Positions 53,840-62,554 of a stretch of DNA of 64,000 nucleotides are shown in pieces. Below the pieces are notes generated by a model, which saw nothing but the letters and a program-made list of their open reading frames with translations, had not been told where the DNA came from and made no database searches. Each line of letters starts with the position of its first letter. The stretch's first letter is position 1. The position numbers and the translations under genes were made by a program. The DNA is from Candidatus Saccharibacteria bacterium RIFCSPHIGHO2_12_FULL_41_12 (lineage in GTDB: Bacteria > Patescibacteriota > Saccharimonadia > Saccharimonadales > 2-12-FULL-41-12), in contig MGCQ01000001.1 of NCBI GenBank assembly GCA_001790445.1, positions 104,462 through 168,461 on the forward strand. The letters are read 5' to 3'.

Positions 53840-55036
53840 ATGAATGATCCAACTAAAAAAACACCTCTTGATGCACTCGGGGACGACAATAATCCAGAAC
53901 TTGCGGCTGAGTTAGTTAGGAAGAAATTAGATAAACTTTATGGCAAAGAACCCAGTGCCAAAGAAGAGATTCAAGAAGTTCAGCATGAAGATTCCAGCGA
54001 TATGTCCAAACATCAGCACTACATGGACGACCTTTCCAAATCAGGACTTAGTCTACACGAAATTCAAATAAAGTGGCATGAATATTATAACGCTCTGCCA
54101 GACAACGAAAAGAGACAAGTTTGGCGAGAATTTTATCGGCACCACGAGCAACAAAAAAATAAATTGCAGCATGCCCAAAGTTCTCGGAAGCAAACCACTT
54201 CAATAGCCAGTGCAAGTCATGTACACGCGCAACATTCTGCCAAAATTCATGACAAAGACACCACAGAAGCTGTGAAGAATGATTTGATCAATCGCATCCA
54301 AACGCGGTCCAAACCAATAACCAAAAATCAGCACGTTCGATCGCTCATCTTTGGCTTTTCAATGGGTGGTTTTGTGCTGTTGGTGCTACTTTTTAGCTTT
54401 TTCAATGAAAGATTCATCACGCCATTTATACGGCCTAGCACTAACGTTAGCGCCTCGGCAATTATCGTTAACCCAGAGGGGGCGGGCACTGCATCAGGAC
54501 CAGAGCCAAAAATAATCATCCCAAAGATCAATGTTGAGGCCCCTGTGGTGTATGACGAGCCATCGATAGAAGAAAAAGCCGTCCAAAAGGGGCTGGAAAG
54601 AGGTGTTGTCCACTACGGCACAACTCCAAATCCTGGAGAAAAGGGAAACGCCGTTATATTTGGCCACAGTAGTGGCAATATCATCAATAGTGGTCAATAT
54701 AAATTTGCCTTTATTCTTCTCAAAAGTCTCGAAAAAAACGACACTTTTATTATTGATAAAGATGGCAAAAGATATGCCTACAAGGTTTATGAAAAATATG
54801 TCACTGCACCGACGGATGTTAGCATACTCAAAGCTAGGGACCGTCCATCGACAATGACACTTGTTACTTGTGACCCACCTGGTATGTCGACAAACCGCCT
54901 AATAGTAGTCGGTGAACAAATTTTTCCTGATCCTGTCGCGAACAAAGAGAGTACTGTAGTTAATCAAAATGAAATACCTAAAACCCTGCCAAGTAATAGT
55001 CCTAGTCTTTGGCAAAAAATTAAAAACTGGTTCTAA
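53840..55036 (+). CDS. Sortase-family transpeptidase with a long N-terminal region and a TM anchor
   Basis: 398 aa. GNAVIFGHS and TLVTCDP (TLxTC) catalytic motifs. Confidence 0.85.
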   Translation: MNDPTKKTPLDALGDDNNPELAAELVRKKLDKLYGKEPSAKEEIQEVQHEDSSDMSKHQHYMDDLSKSGLSLHEIQIKWHEYYNALPDNEKRQVWREFYRHHEQQKNKLQHAQSSRKQTTSIASASHVHAQHSAKIHDKDTTEAVKNDLINRIQTRSKPITKNQHVRSLIFGFSMGGFVLLVLLFSFFNERFITPFIRPSTNVSASAIIVNPEGAGTASGPEPKIIIPKINVEAPVVYDEPSIEEKAVQKGLERGVVHYGTTPNPGEKGNAVIFGHSSGNIINSGQYKFAFILLKSLEKNDTFIIDKDGKRYAYKVYEKYVTAPTDVSILKARDRPSTMTLVTCDPPGMSTNRLIVVGEQIFPDPVANKESTVVNQNEIPKTLPSNSPSLWQKIKNWF

Positions 55037-55072
55037 AGAATAATAAACTTCTATAATGAACTGCATTTCGCC

Positions 55073-55093
55073 AAGCCCTAAATAGGGCTTTTG
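55073..55093 (+). terminator. Rho-independent terminator of the sortase gene
   Basis: AAGCCC-TAAATA-GGGCTT followed by TTTG. Confidence 0.65.
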
Positions 55094-55171
55094 TCGACCT
55101 ACTTTTTCTCTATAGCAAGAAAAAAGTAAGCAAAAAGTGCCACCCCAGTTTAAAAACAATTACCCTAGCTT

Positions 55172-55564
55172 ATTACAACTACAAACAGACTACTCTTCCG
55201 GGACTCCTTCCAGTCGGGGACAAGCCCTGGTCCTCAGATTAATCTGTTTGTAGTTGCAATAACCAAAGGTGTTTTTAAAAGGGGACCAAAAGCAGTCTAA
55301 AGTCATTATTAATAATATTTCCTACGGAAATATACAGATTGTTGGTCAGGCCCTTTGAAAAACAGATGAGACGAACAAACCAAAAGCTCCTTGTTTTGAG
55401 GACTAGGTCTCCCAGACCCGACCAAAGGAAGTCCCGGAGAAACAGGGCTTTTGTTTTGTTTGGATCAATATGTATTTTTCAAACAGCCTGCTATTTCTTT
55501 GCATACTTTCTTGTTGGCACAAGAAAGTATGGTGATTGAAAGCCTGGAAGGCTTTAAGCGCAAC
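55172..55564 (-). ncRNA. Candidate large structured RNA, copy 2 (inverted relative to copy 1)
   Basis: The reverse complement aligns block-wise with 46874-47250. The 41-nt block at 55194-55234 is identical, and helices are maintained by compensatory substitutions. Confidence 0.6.
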
Positions 55565-55602
55565 TTTTTAGTTAAAAATAGGTTCTTTGGGAAAAAACTA
55601 TT

Positions 55603-57093
55603 CTACTGGTCTGCTGGAGTTCTCAAAGCCACCTGATCCAACGTATAGGTAACAGCATCCAGTGAACCAATTGTATAGTATTTCTCATAATCTCGATCGA
55701 AATATATATTTTTTGAACTGGGGAGGGGAGTAAGCACCTGTTTATTTGAACCGTCAAAATCAATCATCATACCTTGACCATTCCCTGACACAACAATCCT
55801 GTGCCCATCTAACCAGATTGGCGCATCGCCCGCAGGCATAATCGCATCTATTTTATAATGGTAGCTTTTCTTATCTTCCATATCATAAATCGAGATATCA
55901 CCACCACCAAACGAAGATATAAACCTTACATTTTTAGAAAATTCTAGCTTCAGATTACTACTTATATTATTTTTGATCACTCTGATTGGACTAACTTTTG
56001 CGGAAGTAGTCGCCTTTGATTTTTTTACAAAATCCTCATAAATATATGTCTTGCCCTCTTTTTCTGAGCCAATAATTATGTACCACTTATCTTGAAAACT
56101 AGCGATATTAAGCGGTAGGTTCTCGCTCAGAGGTATATCACGGATATCATATAATTTGTTGTTATCAATGAGCGAAACACGAGCTTTAGTCTTGTCGCTG
56201 GGGCTAACGTGAGTAAATAATATCTTATCATCACCGTGCGATTTAAAGCTTAACACGCCACTGAGAAGTAGGCTTGTTTTTTTATCTTTCTTGTTTATAA
56301 GAGTCAAAGCACCACTAGACTTATTAAATACCAAAAACTTATCGGCACTTTTATCCAGCAGGCTGACTTCGCCGTCAATCGTACCAATTGTTTTAAGATT
56401 AAACGATTTTGTTGGTTGATCTCTGTTAAGAAGCGCATATTCAAACTTATTGTCATAAGTATGTTTGACCAAAAAATCCGTGTTGTTATTCGACCAATCT
56501 ACCACTTCAAATTGGCTAGGTCCTACGGCTTTTTCAAAAACCCCATCCGGTATCGCAAAAGAGCGTATTTTTGGTAATTTTGCACTAGTAAGATCAGTCA
56601 AATGATATTCTTTCATAGAAGACAGATCCGCATTTTCGCTAACAATCAGCCAGTTGCGATCCGGGCTCTGGGAATATACGCTTTTCATCGTTGTATTTGA
56701 GTCAACTTTGACTGTTTTGAGGTCTTTGGGCACTAACATTGGGTAATTAAATCGCTCTATCTCACTACCTTCTAGCTCAAACTTTCTCTGCCAAGTCCTG
56801 TATCCCTCTTTATTTAGTTGCAAATCATAGCCCCCAGCGAGCAGTGTAAACCTGGTGTTTGTTTTATCTGGGTGATCTTGACCATTAATCTTGATATTTG
56901 CCTTATCAGGGGCACTATCGACATAAACTAGACCATTTTGGATCACTTCGCCTGTTTTTCTATCCACATCGAAGCCGTAGGCCTTTAAAACAAGCATCAG
57001 AGCGACCGTCACCACCGCCAAGCCAACCAAGCCCTGACCTATGACTAATATCCAATTATGACGTCTTTTATACTCTGGATCGAGAAATTCCAT
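55603..57093 (-). CDS. Membrane-anchored PEGA-domain protein with a probable beta-propeller-like C-terminal region
   Basis: 496 aa with an N-terminal TM. PEGA-like motif …ANIKINGQ…GGYDLQLNKEGYRTW. Confidence 0.6.
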   Translation of the reverse strand: MEFLDPEYKRRHNWILVIGQGLVGLAVVTVALMLVLKAYGFDVDRKTGEVIQNGLVYVDSAPDKANIKINGQDHPDKTNTRFTLLAGGYDLQLNKEGYRTWQRKFELEGSEIERFNYPMLVPKDLKTVKVDSNTTMKSVYSQSPDRNWLIVSENADLSSMKEYHLTDLTSAKLPKIRSFAIPDGVFEKAVGPSQFEVVDWSNNNTDFLVKHTYDNKFEYALLNRDQPTKSFNLKTIGTIDGEVSLLDKSADKFLVFNKSSGALTLINKKDKKTSLLLSGVLSFKSHGDDKILFTHVSPSDKTKARVSLIDNNKLYDIRDIPLSENLPLNIASFQDKWYIIIGSEKEGKTYIYEDFVKKSKATTSAKVSPIRVIKNNISSNLKLEFSKNVRFISSFGGGDISIYDMEDKKSYHYKIDAIMPAGDAPIWLDGHRIVVSGNGQGMMIDFDGSNKQVLTPLPSSKNIYFDRDYEKYYTIGSLDAVTYTLDQVALRTPADQ

Positions 57094-57260
57094 AACAGTT
57101 ATCTTATCACAGTTTTTACCTTAGCTATGGCATCGGAATGAAGATAGTGCAAGGCAAAGCTGTCTAGTCCTAGCATGATTCTACTGAAAGAAGATGTTTG
57201 ACATTGAAAGAGTCTTCATTATATTATAAAGACATCTAAAATAGCTGGAAGAAAATAAAA

Positions 57261-58307
57261 ATGAGCGAAATACAATCGACAATAGAAATAAACGGCAAAA
57301 CTTATAACATGAGGAGTGGGCAAGTGCTGGGCAGCAACCCCAGTGCCAAGACAGTAGAACCTAAATCTACTGGCAGAATAGATGGTTTTATTGGTGATAA
57401 TAACGTCAGCGTTCATACCATTTCTCACCAACACAAACTAAACAAAACAGCAATAAACCACATTGCTCGCAGTCCGGCCAAAGCAAACACTCTTGTTCGA
57501 AGTATTGGACGTCCATCAACTCAACACCTCACCACAGTTAATAAAGCAAAACCAGGTGAATTTGTCGCTAAAACAGGAGAGACTACCACCAGAAGCCCGG
57601 CAATCAAGAAATTCCACCAACAGGCCAGCCAAACATCTACAACCAAACCTATCAATAAAATCTACACAGAAGTTGCCGTCAAGACGCCTACTCAAAATTT
57701 GTCGCACATGACTATTGAACAGCTAGAAAGCAAATTTAAATCCAATGTAGTCGACCCATTTGAAGAAGCAATCAAAGAGGCATCTAGCCATATTCACGAG
57801 CTACATATTGTTGAATCACCATTCTCTAGGATTGTAAAGATATTTCACCCCTTTGGATCAAGAGCACGCGTCGCCTTAACCGCTGTCGTAGTTGTTTCTG
57901 CCTTTATAATTGGTGTTTATCTCACAATTCCTTCCATAAAAGTCAAAATGGCTAGCTTGCAGGCCAGTATCCCCGCCAGCTTGCCCAAATACCAGCCTGC
58001 CGGTTTTGGAATTTACGGACCAATCAAGGCAGAACCAGGCAAAGTTATCGTCAACTACAAATCAAACACTGACAGTGGCAACTATAGGATAACTCAACAA
58101 GCCAGTGACTGGTCCAGCCAATCACTGCTCAACAACCAAGTCCTTGCTACAGCCAAACCATTTCAGACATATCAGCAAAATGGCAAAACAGTTTACGTCT
58201 ATGACAACAACAAGGCAGTTTGGGTTGATGCTGGCATTCTCTACAGCATAGAAGGCGATACTAACCTTGATGCAGACCAACTCCTCAAAATCGCCGAAAG
58301 CCTATAG
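57261..58307 (+). CDS. Membrane-anchored hypothetical protein (DUF4367-like C-terminal domain suspected)
   Basis: 348 aa with a central TM. The C-terminal beta-rich domain ends in …GILYSIEGD…LLKIAESL. Confidence 0.45.
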   Translation: MSEIQSTIEINGKTYNMRSGQVLGSNPSAKTVEPKSTGRIDGFIGDNNVSVHTISHQHKLNKTAINHIARSPAKANTLVRSIGRPSTQHLTTVNKAKPGEFVAKTGETTTRSPAIKKFHQQASQTSTTKPINKIYTEVAVKTPTQNLSHMTIEQLESKFKSNVVDPFEEAIKEASSHIHELHIVESPFSRIVKIFHPFGSRARVALTAVVVVSAFIIGVYLTIPSIKVKMASLQASIPASLPKYQPAGFGIYGPIKAEPGKVIVNYKSNTDSGNYRITQQASDWSSQSLLNNQVLATAKPFQTYQQNGKTVYVYDNNKAVWVDAGILYSIEGDTNLDADQLLKIAESL

Positions 58308-58334
58308 AGCACCGATCTGTTATAATTACCTTTA

Positions 58335-59750
58335 ATGAGTAATGTTAAGACTAGATTTGCGCCAAGTCCCACCGGGTTTTTACACGTCGGTGGGGTTCGC
58401 ACTGCACTTTTTGCGTGGCTGGTTGCCAAACAATCTGGGGGTAAATTTATCTTGCGAATCGAAGATACAGACCAAGCGCGCGAGGTGCAGGGCAGTGTCG
58501 AACATATTCAAGAAAGCCTGCAGTGGCTGGGGCTGGAATGGGACGAAGAAACGTATTTTCAGAGCAAGCGCCTAGATATCTATAAGAAATGGGCAGACAA
58601 ATTAAGAGAAAGTGGGCGAGCATACGCCGACCCATATACACCTGAGCAAGTTCAAGAATTTCGTGAACAAGCCAAACGTGATAAACAACCATTTCTATAC
58701 CGCAATCACCGCCCCGATCCGCCAGCTGGCGGGCCACCGATCTGGGATGGCTCTCAGCCACTCCGCCTCAAATCAAACCCTAAAGGATACAGTTGGCACG
58801 ACGAAGTCATGGGAGATCTTCATAGCGGAGAAGAAGTTATTGATGATTTTATTTTAATCAAATCTGATGGTTTCCCAACCTACAATTTCTGCCATATTAT
58901 TGACGACCACGAGATGGAGGTTACTCATGTTATCCGTGGTCAGGAATTCTTGGCAAGCATACCAAAATATTTGAATCTATACGAAGCTCTGGCTATTAAA
59001 CCTCCTATTATGGCAACAATGCCACACATTATGAGCGAGATGGGCAATAAAAAGCTTAGCAAGCGAGATGGGGCAAAGGATATTTTGGATTATAGGGATG
59101 AGGGATACTTACCAGAAGCTATGATCAACTTTCTCACTACACTAGGTTGGAATGATGGGACAGAGCAAGAGATATTTGCCGTTGATGAACTTATCAAGAA
59201 ATTCGATATTTCGAAAATCCAAAAGAGTGGGGCACAGTTCGACGAGCGGCGTCTGCTCTGGCTTAACGGCGCACATATCCGTAAATTATCTTTGGATGAT
59301 CTGTATGAGAAAGTTGCTCCGTTCTGGCCAGAAGAGGCTAAAAACGCAGATGAATCATATAAAAAACGCGTGCTGACTCTGGTCCAAGAACGGCTCAAAT
59401 TCTTTGCAGAACTGCCTGAGCTAACACGATTTTTCTTTATCGATTTGCCAATTAATCCAGAACTTATAAGCACCCACAAACAACTTAAAAATTACGAACA
59501 CTCGCGGCTAAAAGAACTTCTGGAGACAACGCTGGAGTCTCTACAGCAAAGTGATTTCTCGGCAGATGATCTAAAAGAACGCCTCAATAAATTATTAGAG
59601 TTGACCGACGAAAAACCAGTTGCGCTCTTTAGCCTGATCCGCATAGCCACCACCCAAGCACCAGCCAGCCCCGAACTCACAGGATCTCTCCACACCCTCG
59701 GCAAAGACAAGAGCCTATCTAGAATCAATAGCCAGCTCGCAAATTTCTAA
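58335..59750 (+). CDS. gltX: Glutamate--tRNA ligase
   Basis: 471 aa. RFAPSPTGFLHVGG (HIGH) and KLSKRDG (KMSKS) motifs. Confidence 0.95.
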   Translation: MSNVKTRFAPSPTGFLHVGGVRTALFAWLVAKQSGGKFILRIEDTDQAREVQGSVEHIQESLQWLGLEWDEETYFQSKRLDIYKKWADKLRESGRAYADPYTPEQVQEFREQAKRDKQPFLYRNHRPDPPAGGPPIWDGSQPLRLKSNPKGYSWHDEVMGDLHSGEEVIDDFILIKSDGFPTYNFCHIIDDHEMEVTHVIRGQEFLASIPKYLNLYEALAIKPPIMATMPHIMSEMGNKKLSKRDGAKDILDYRDEGYLPEAMINFLTTLGWNDGTEQEIFAVDELIKKFDISKIQKSGAQFDERRLLWLNGAHIRKLSLDDLYEKVAPFWPEEAKNADESYKKRVLTLVQERLKFFAELPELTRFFFIDLPINPELISTHKQLKNYEHSRLKELLETTLESLQQSDFSADDLKERLNKLLELTDEKPVALFSLIRIATTQAPASPELTGSLHTLGKDKSLSRINSQLANF

Positions 59751-59791
59751 GCCTGCCCAGGCTATGAAGGTTATGTTTTACATACTATACA

Positions 59792-61153
59792 ATGTATAGT
59801 ATAGTATTACAAATGGAACGTCCCGCTCAAGACTATACTGTATTAGATATGAAAGCAATTCACAGCGAAGCCTTTTTGGACAATGCCGTATTCGACATAG
59901 TTAAGGCCGTGCTCGACAACGCAGGCATTAATGACCCAGAAGCATATCGTGAAAATGCTAACCAAGAGGTGTTAGACTGGTTTGCTGCAAAGGGGGATGA
60001 TAAGCCAGACATGAACTTAGGAGAATCGACCGAAGTCTTAGCAATTTTTAGGGACTTCAAGACGCTGTTTGGCAAAAATTCTTTAAGTCTAACATTGGAT
60101 AATGACGGAGAGGTTGATAAACGAGTTAGCTACTACTTTATGTCACATGCTGTGTCATCAGCAATGCTAGAAGCAACCAATTTTGATGACGCAGATTCGG
60201 TTGTGTGTTTACTCAAGAGACAAGCAAGTCTAGACAGAAACCTCCGCCTTGCGATTAACCTCAATAGCATCGTTCAGGCAAGAATATCTGACAAGGTGCT
60301 TGAGGAAATTCTCCGCAGCAAAGACTTCAACGTCGGCGGCTTGGCCGTCAACACAATGTATAAGGACAGACTATCCATTGACGAAAAAATTATCCTATTT
60401 CACAAGCTACGCAGGGCGCGCCAAGATCCAGAAAATCACGCAACTGATGGCCATAACGAAATAGGAGAGAGCGGCTTAGTCAAAGACCTTGTTGAAAGCA
60501 ATCAGCTCGAGTATTTATATGGATTAGTACTCACTGACCAAATAAACCCTGGTTATATTAAGGAGCACTACTCTGAAGTAGGCGACGACTATTTAATACC
60601 TTTTTTGAAGCTTGAGACCGACACAAGCAACATAGAGTCAGGACTTAGATATATCGACGATCCGAGAGTACTAAGACAATTAGCCGAGGAGGCTAGCAGC
60701 TTCACCCGTCTTAGCGAAGAAAGCGCCAGTGAGTTTGCATACGAAGCTAACCAGCTTGCTACAGCCATAGAATCCGAGCCCATCCTTGCCGAAGTTGCAC
60801 CGCTAAACGAAGGTGAGGAGAACAAATTCGTCGTCGCTGTGGACACCAGTTCTGGCGAACCAAAGATTGTTATTGCATGGTCAAACACTAAGGATTACTT
60901 CCGTCACAAGGAGATACTGAGTCAGTATTGTCAGCAAAACGACACCCCAAGAATCTCAATCGACAACAGCCTTGTTAGTGGCGGCCATCTGGCCGTCCAG
61001 ACAGCCAATGGCAATACCCAAGTTACCTTCAGCTCAGCAAGCGGCGATTACGGTCGTTACAACCCTCAGCTGCTACAACGATACTCACAAAAAATAGGAG
61101 CAGCTCTAGCCAAATCACTGGACGCAGAACGATTAACATTTTCTTTCGTCTAA
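59792..61153 (+). CDS. Hypothetical protein
   Basis: 453-aa acidic ORF with no recognisable motif. An alternative start exists at ATG 59813. Confidence 0.5.
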   Translation: MYSIVLQMERPAQDYTVLDMKAIHSEAFLDNAVFDIVKAVLDNAGINDPEAYRENANQEVLDWFAAKGDDKPDMNLGESTEVLAIFRDFKTLFGKNSLSLTLDNDGEVDKRVSYYFMSHAVSSAMLEATNFDDADSVVCLLKRQASLDRNLRLAINLNSIVQARISDKVLEEILRSKDFNVGGLAVNTMYKDRLSIDEKIILFHKLRRARQDPENHATDGHNEIGESGLVKDLVESNQLEYLYGLVLTDQINPGYIKEHYSEVGDDYLIPFLKLETDTSNIESGLRYIDDPRVLRQLAEEASSFTRLSEESASEFAYEANQLATAIESEPILAEVAPLNEGEENKFVVAVDTSSGEPKIVIAWSNTKDYFRHKEILSQYCQQNDTPRISIDNSLVSGGHLAVQTANGNTQVTFSSASGDYGRYNPQLLQRYSQKIGAALAKSLDAERLTFSFV

Positions 61154-61410
61154 CACTGGCGAATTAGCTTAAGCGTTGTTATGATAGGTCTATGGGCAAC
61201 GAAGCAGGCAGCTTCCTTACACCAGTCGAGGTAGCCACCGTCGAAACACCAAAAGAACAGCCAGCCCGGAACTAGCCCCAACTCTCTACACCCTTGGAAA
61301 AAAAAGTAATCACCCGAATGAACCAACAGATCAAAGCTCTGTAGCGCTATATTTACATCTCTTTAGGCTTATGCTAAAATACTATTTAGTTAAATTGATA
61401 AAATAAAAAT

Positions 61411-62550
61411 ATGGATAGAGATATATTCAAAACAAACCAACCGCAAAATGGCGTCCAGCCTCAAATTATTGTTGGTCAAAAAAAGGCAAAAAGGAGGATC
61501 AAACTCTTGCCGGACGACCCTAAAAAAAGAAAAATCACCATTGTAGCAATAATTTTAGGTCTGATTATAGGGTGTGGTCTTATTTGGTATTTCTTTATTA
61601 AGGCTGATCCGCCAAAACAATCAGCGGCACCTGCTCCTGTAGTAAAAGCTCCGCCAAAACCAACCACTGAAGCTTCACGTCTGACAGGCATCCAAATTCC
61701 AATAGGGGGTAACGCACGGCCAATTACCTCAATCCAGATAGAGAACAGTCCAGACTCACGACCGCAATCAGGACTCAAAGACGCCGGAGTTATATTTGAG
61801 GCAATTGCCGAGGGAGGAATAACACGGTTTAACGCGTCTTTTATGGAAACCCAACCTGACTATATTGGCCCAGTACGTTCAGTAAGACCTTATTATGTCG
61901 ACCTAGTCGCACCATTTGACCCAATATTTGTCCACGCAGGGGGCAGTGGTGACGGGCTGGCTGAGCTACGAAATGTCGGTCTCAAAGATCTAGACCATGG
62001 AGCCAACGGTGCCGCTTTCCGAAGAGTCAGTGACCGATATGCACCGCACAACCTCTACACTTCTACTGCAGATCTTGACAAAGCAGCCGCAGGCAGGGGA
62101 TATACCACGAGCAATGCCGTCGGGTTCGGCAGAAAAGCCAAAGAAGCACCAAGCCCTACGCCAAACGCCCATGCCGTAGATTTTAATCTTTCCGGATTTT
62201 TGTATAACCCGCACTTTGACTATAGCGCTCCAACAAACTCTTATCTACGGAGCCAAGCAGGGAAACCACATACGGACCTGAGGTCTGGGGCTCAGCTTAG
62301 TCCAAAAGTAGTGATTGCTATTGTTACTGACTATTCAACTCAAGGTATTTACTCTGTTTATCGCACGACTGGCACAGGTACAGTCTATATCTTCCAAGAT
62401 GGCACAGTCACCCAAGGTATATGGACAAAATCAGCCATCAAGTCCCAGTTTGTCTTCACAGATGCAGCTGGCAAGCCCATACAGCTAAACCCAGGTCAGA
62501 CATGGGTAACAATGGTTGGCAGTCTTGATTCGGTTAAGATCACTCCTTAA
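61411..62550 (+). CDS. DUF3048-family membrane-anchored protein
   Basis: 379 aa with an N-terminal TM. The GPVRSVRPYYVDLV…FVHAGGS motif is typical of DUF3048. Confidence 0.7.
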   Translation: MDRDIFKTNQPQNGVQPQIIVGQKKAKRRIKLLPDDPKKRKITIVAIILGLIIGCGLIWYFFIKADPPKQSAAPAPVVKAPPKPTTEASRLTGIQIPIGGNARPITSIQIENSPDSRPQSGLKDAGVIFEAIAEGGITRFNASFMETQPDYIGPVRSVRPYYVDLVAPFDPIFVHAGGSGDGLAELRNVGLKDLDHGANGAAFRRVSDRYAPHNLYTSTADLDKAAAGRGYTTSNAVGFGRKAKEAPSPTPNAHAVDFNLSGFLYNPHFDYSAPTNSYLRSQAGKPHTDLRSGAQLSPKVVIAIVTDYSTQGIYSVYRTTGTGTVYIFQDGTVTQGIWTKSAIKSQFVFTDAAGKPIQLNPGQTWVTMVGSLDSVKITP

Positions 62551-62554
62551 AATC

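Noticed and set aside
55339-55636. ORFs 55339..55539 and 55451..55636 (plus) and 54899..55159 (minus) over RNA-candidate copy 2
   Set aside because: They are antisense to or overlap the conserved hairpins, and no corresponding frames exist in copy 1. One overlaps the 3' end of the 55603..57093 gene.
61192-61275. 27-codon ORF (MGNEAGSFLTPVEVATVETPKEQPARN) in the 61154-61410 intergenic region
   Set aside because: It has no SD, no hydrophobic or Cys-rich character and nothing to support expression. It is too short to call.
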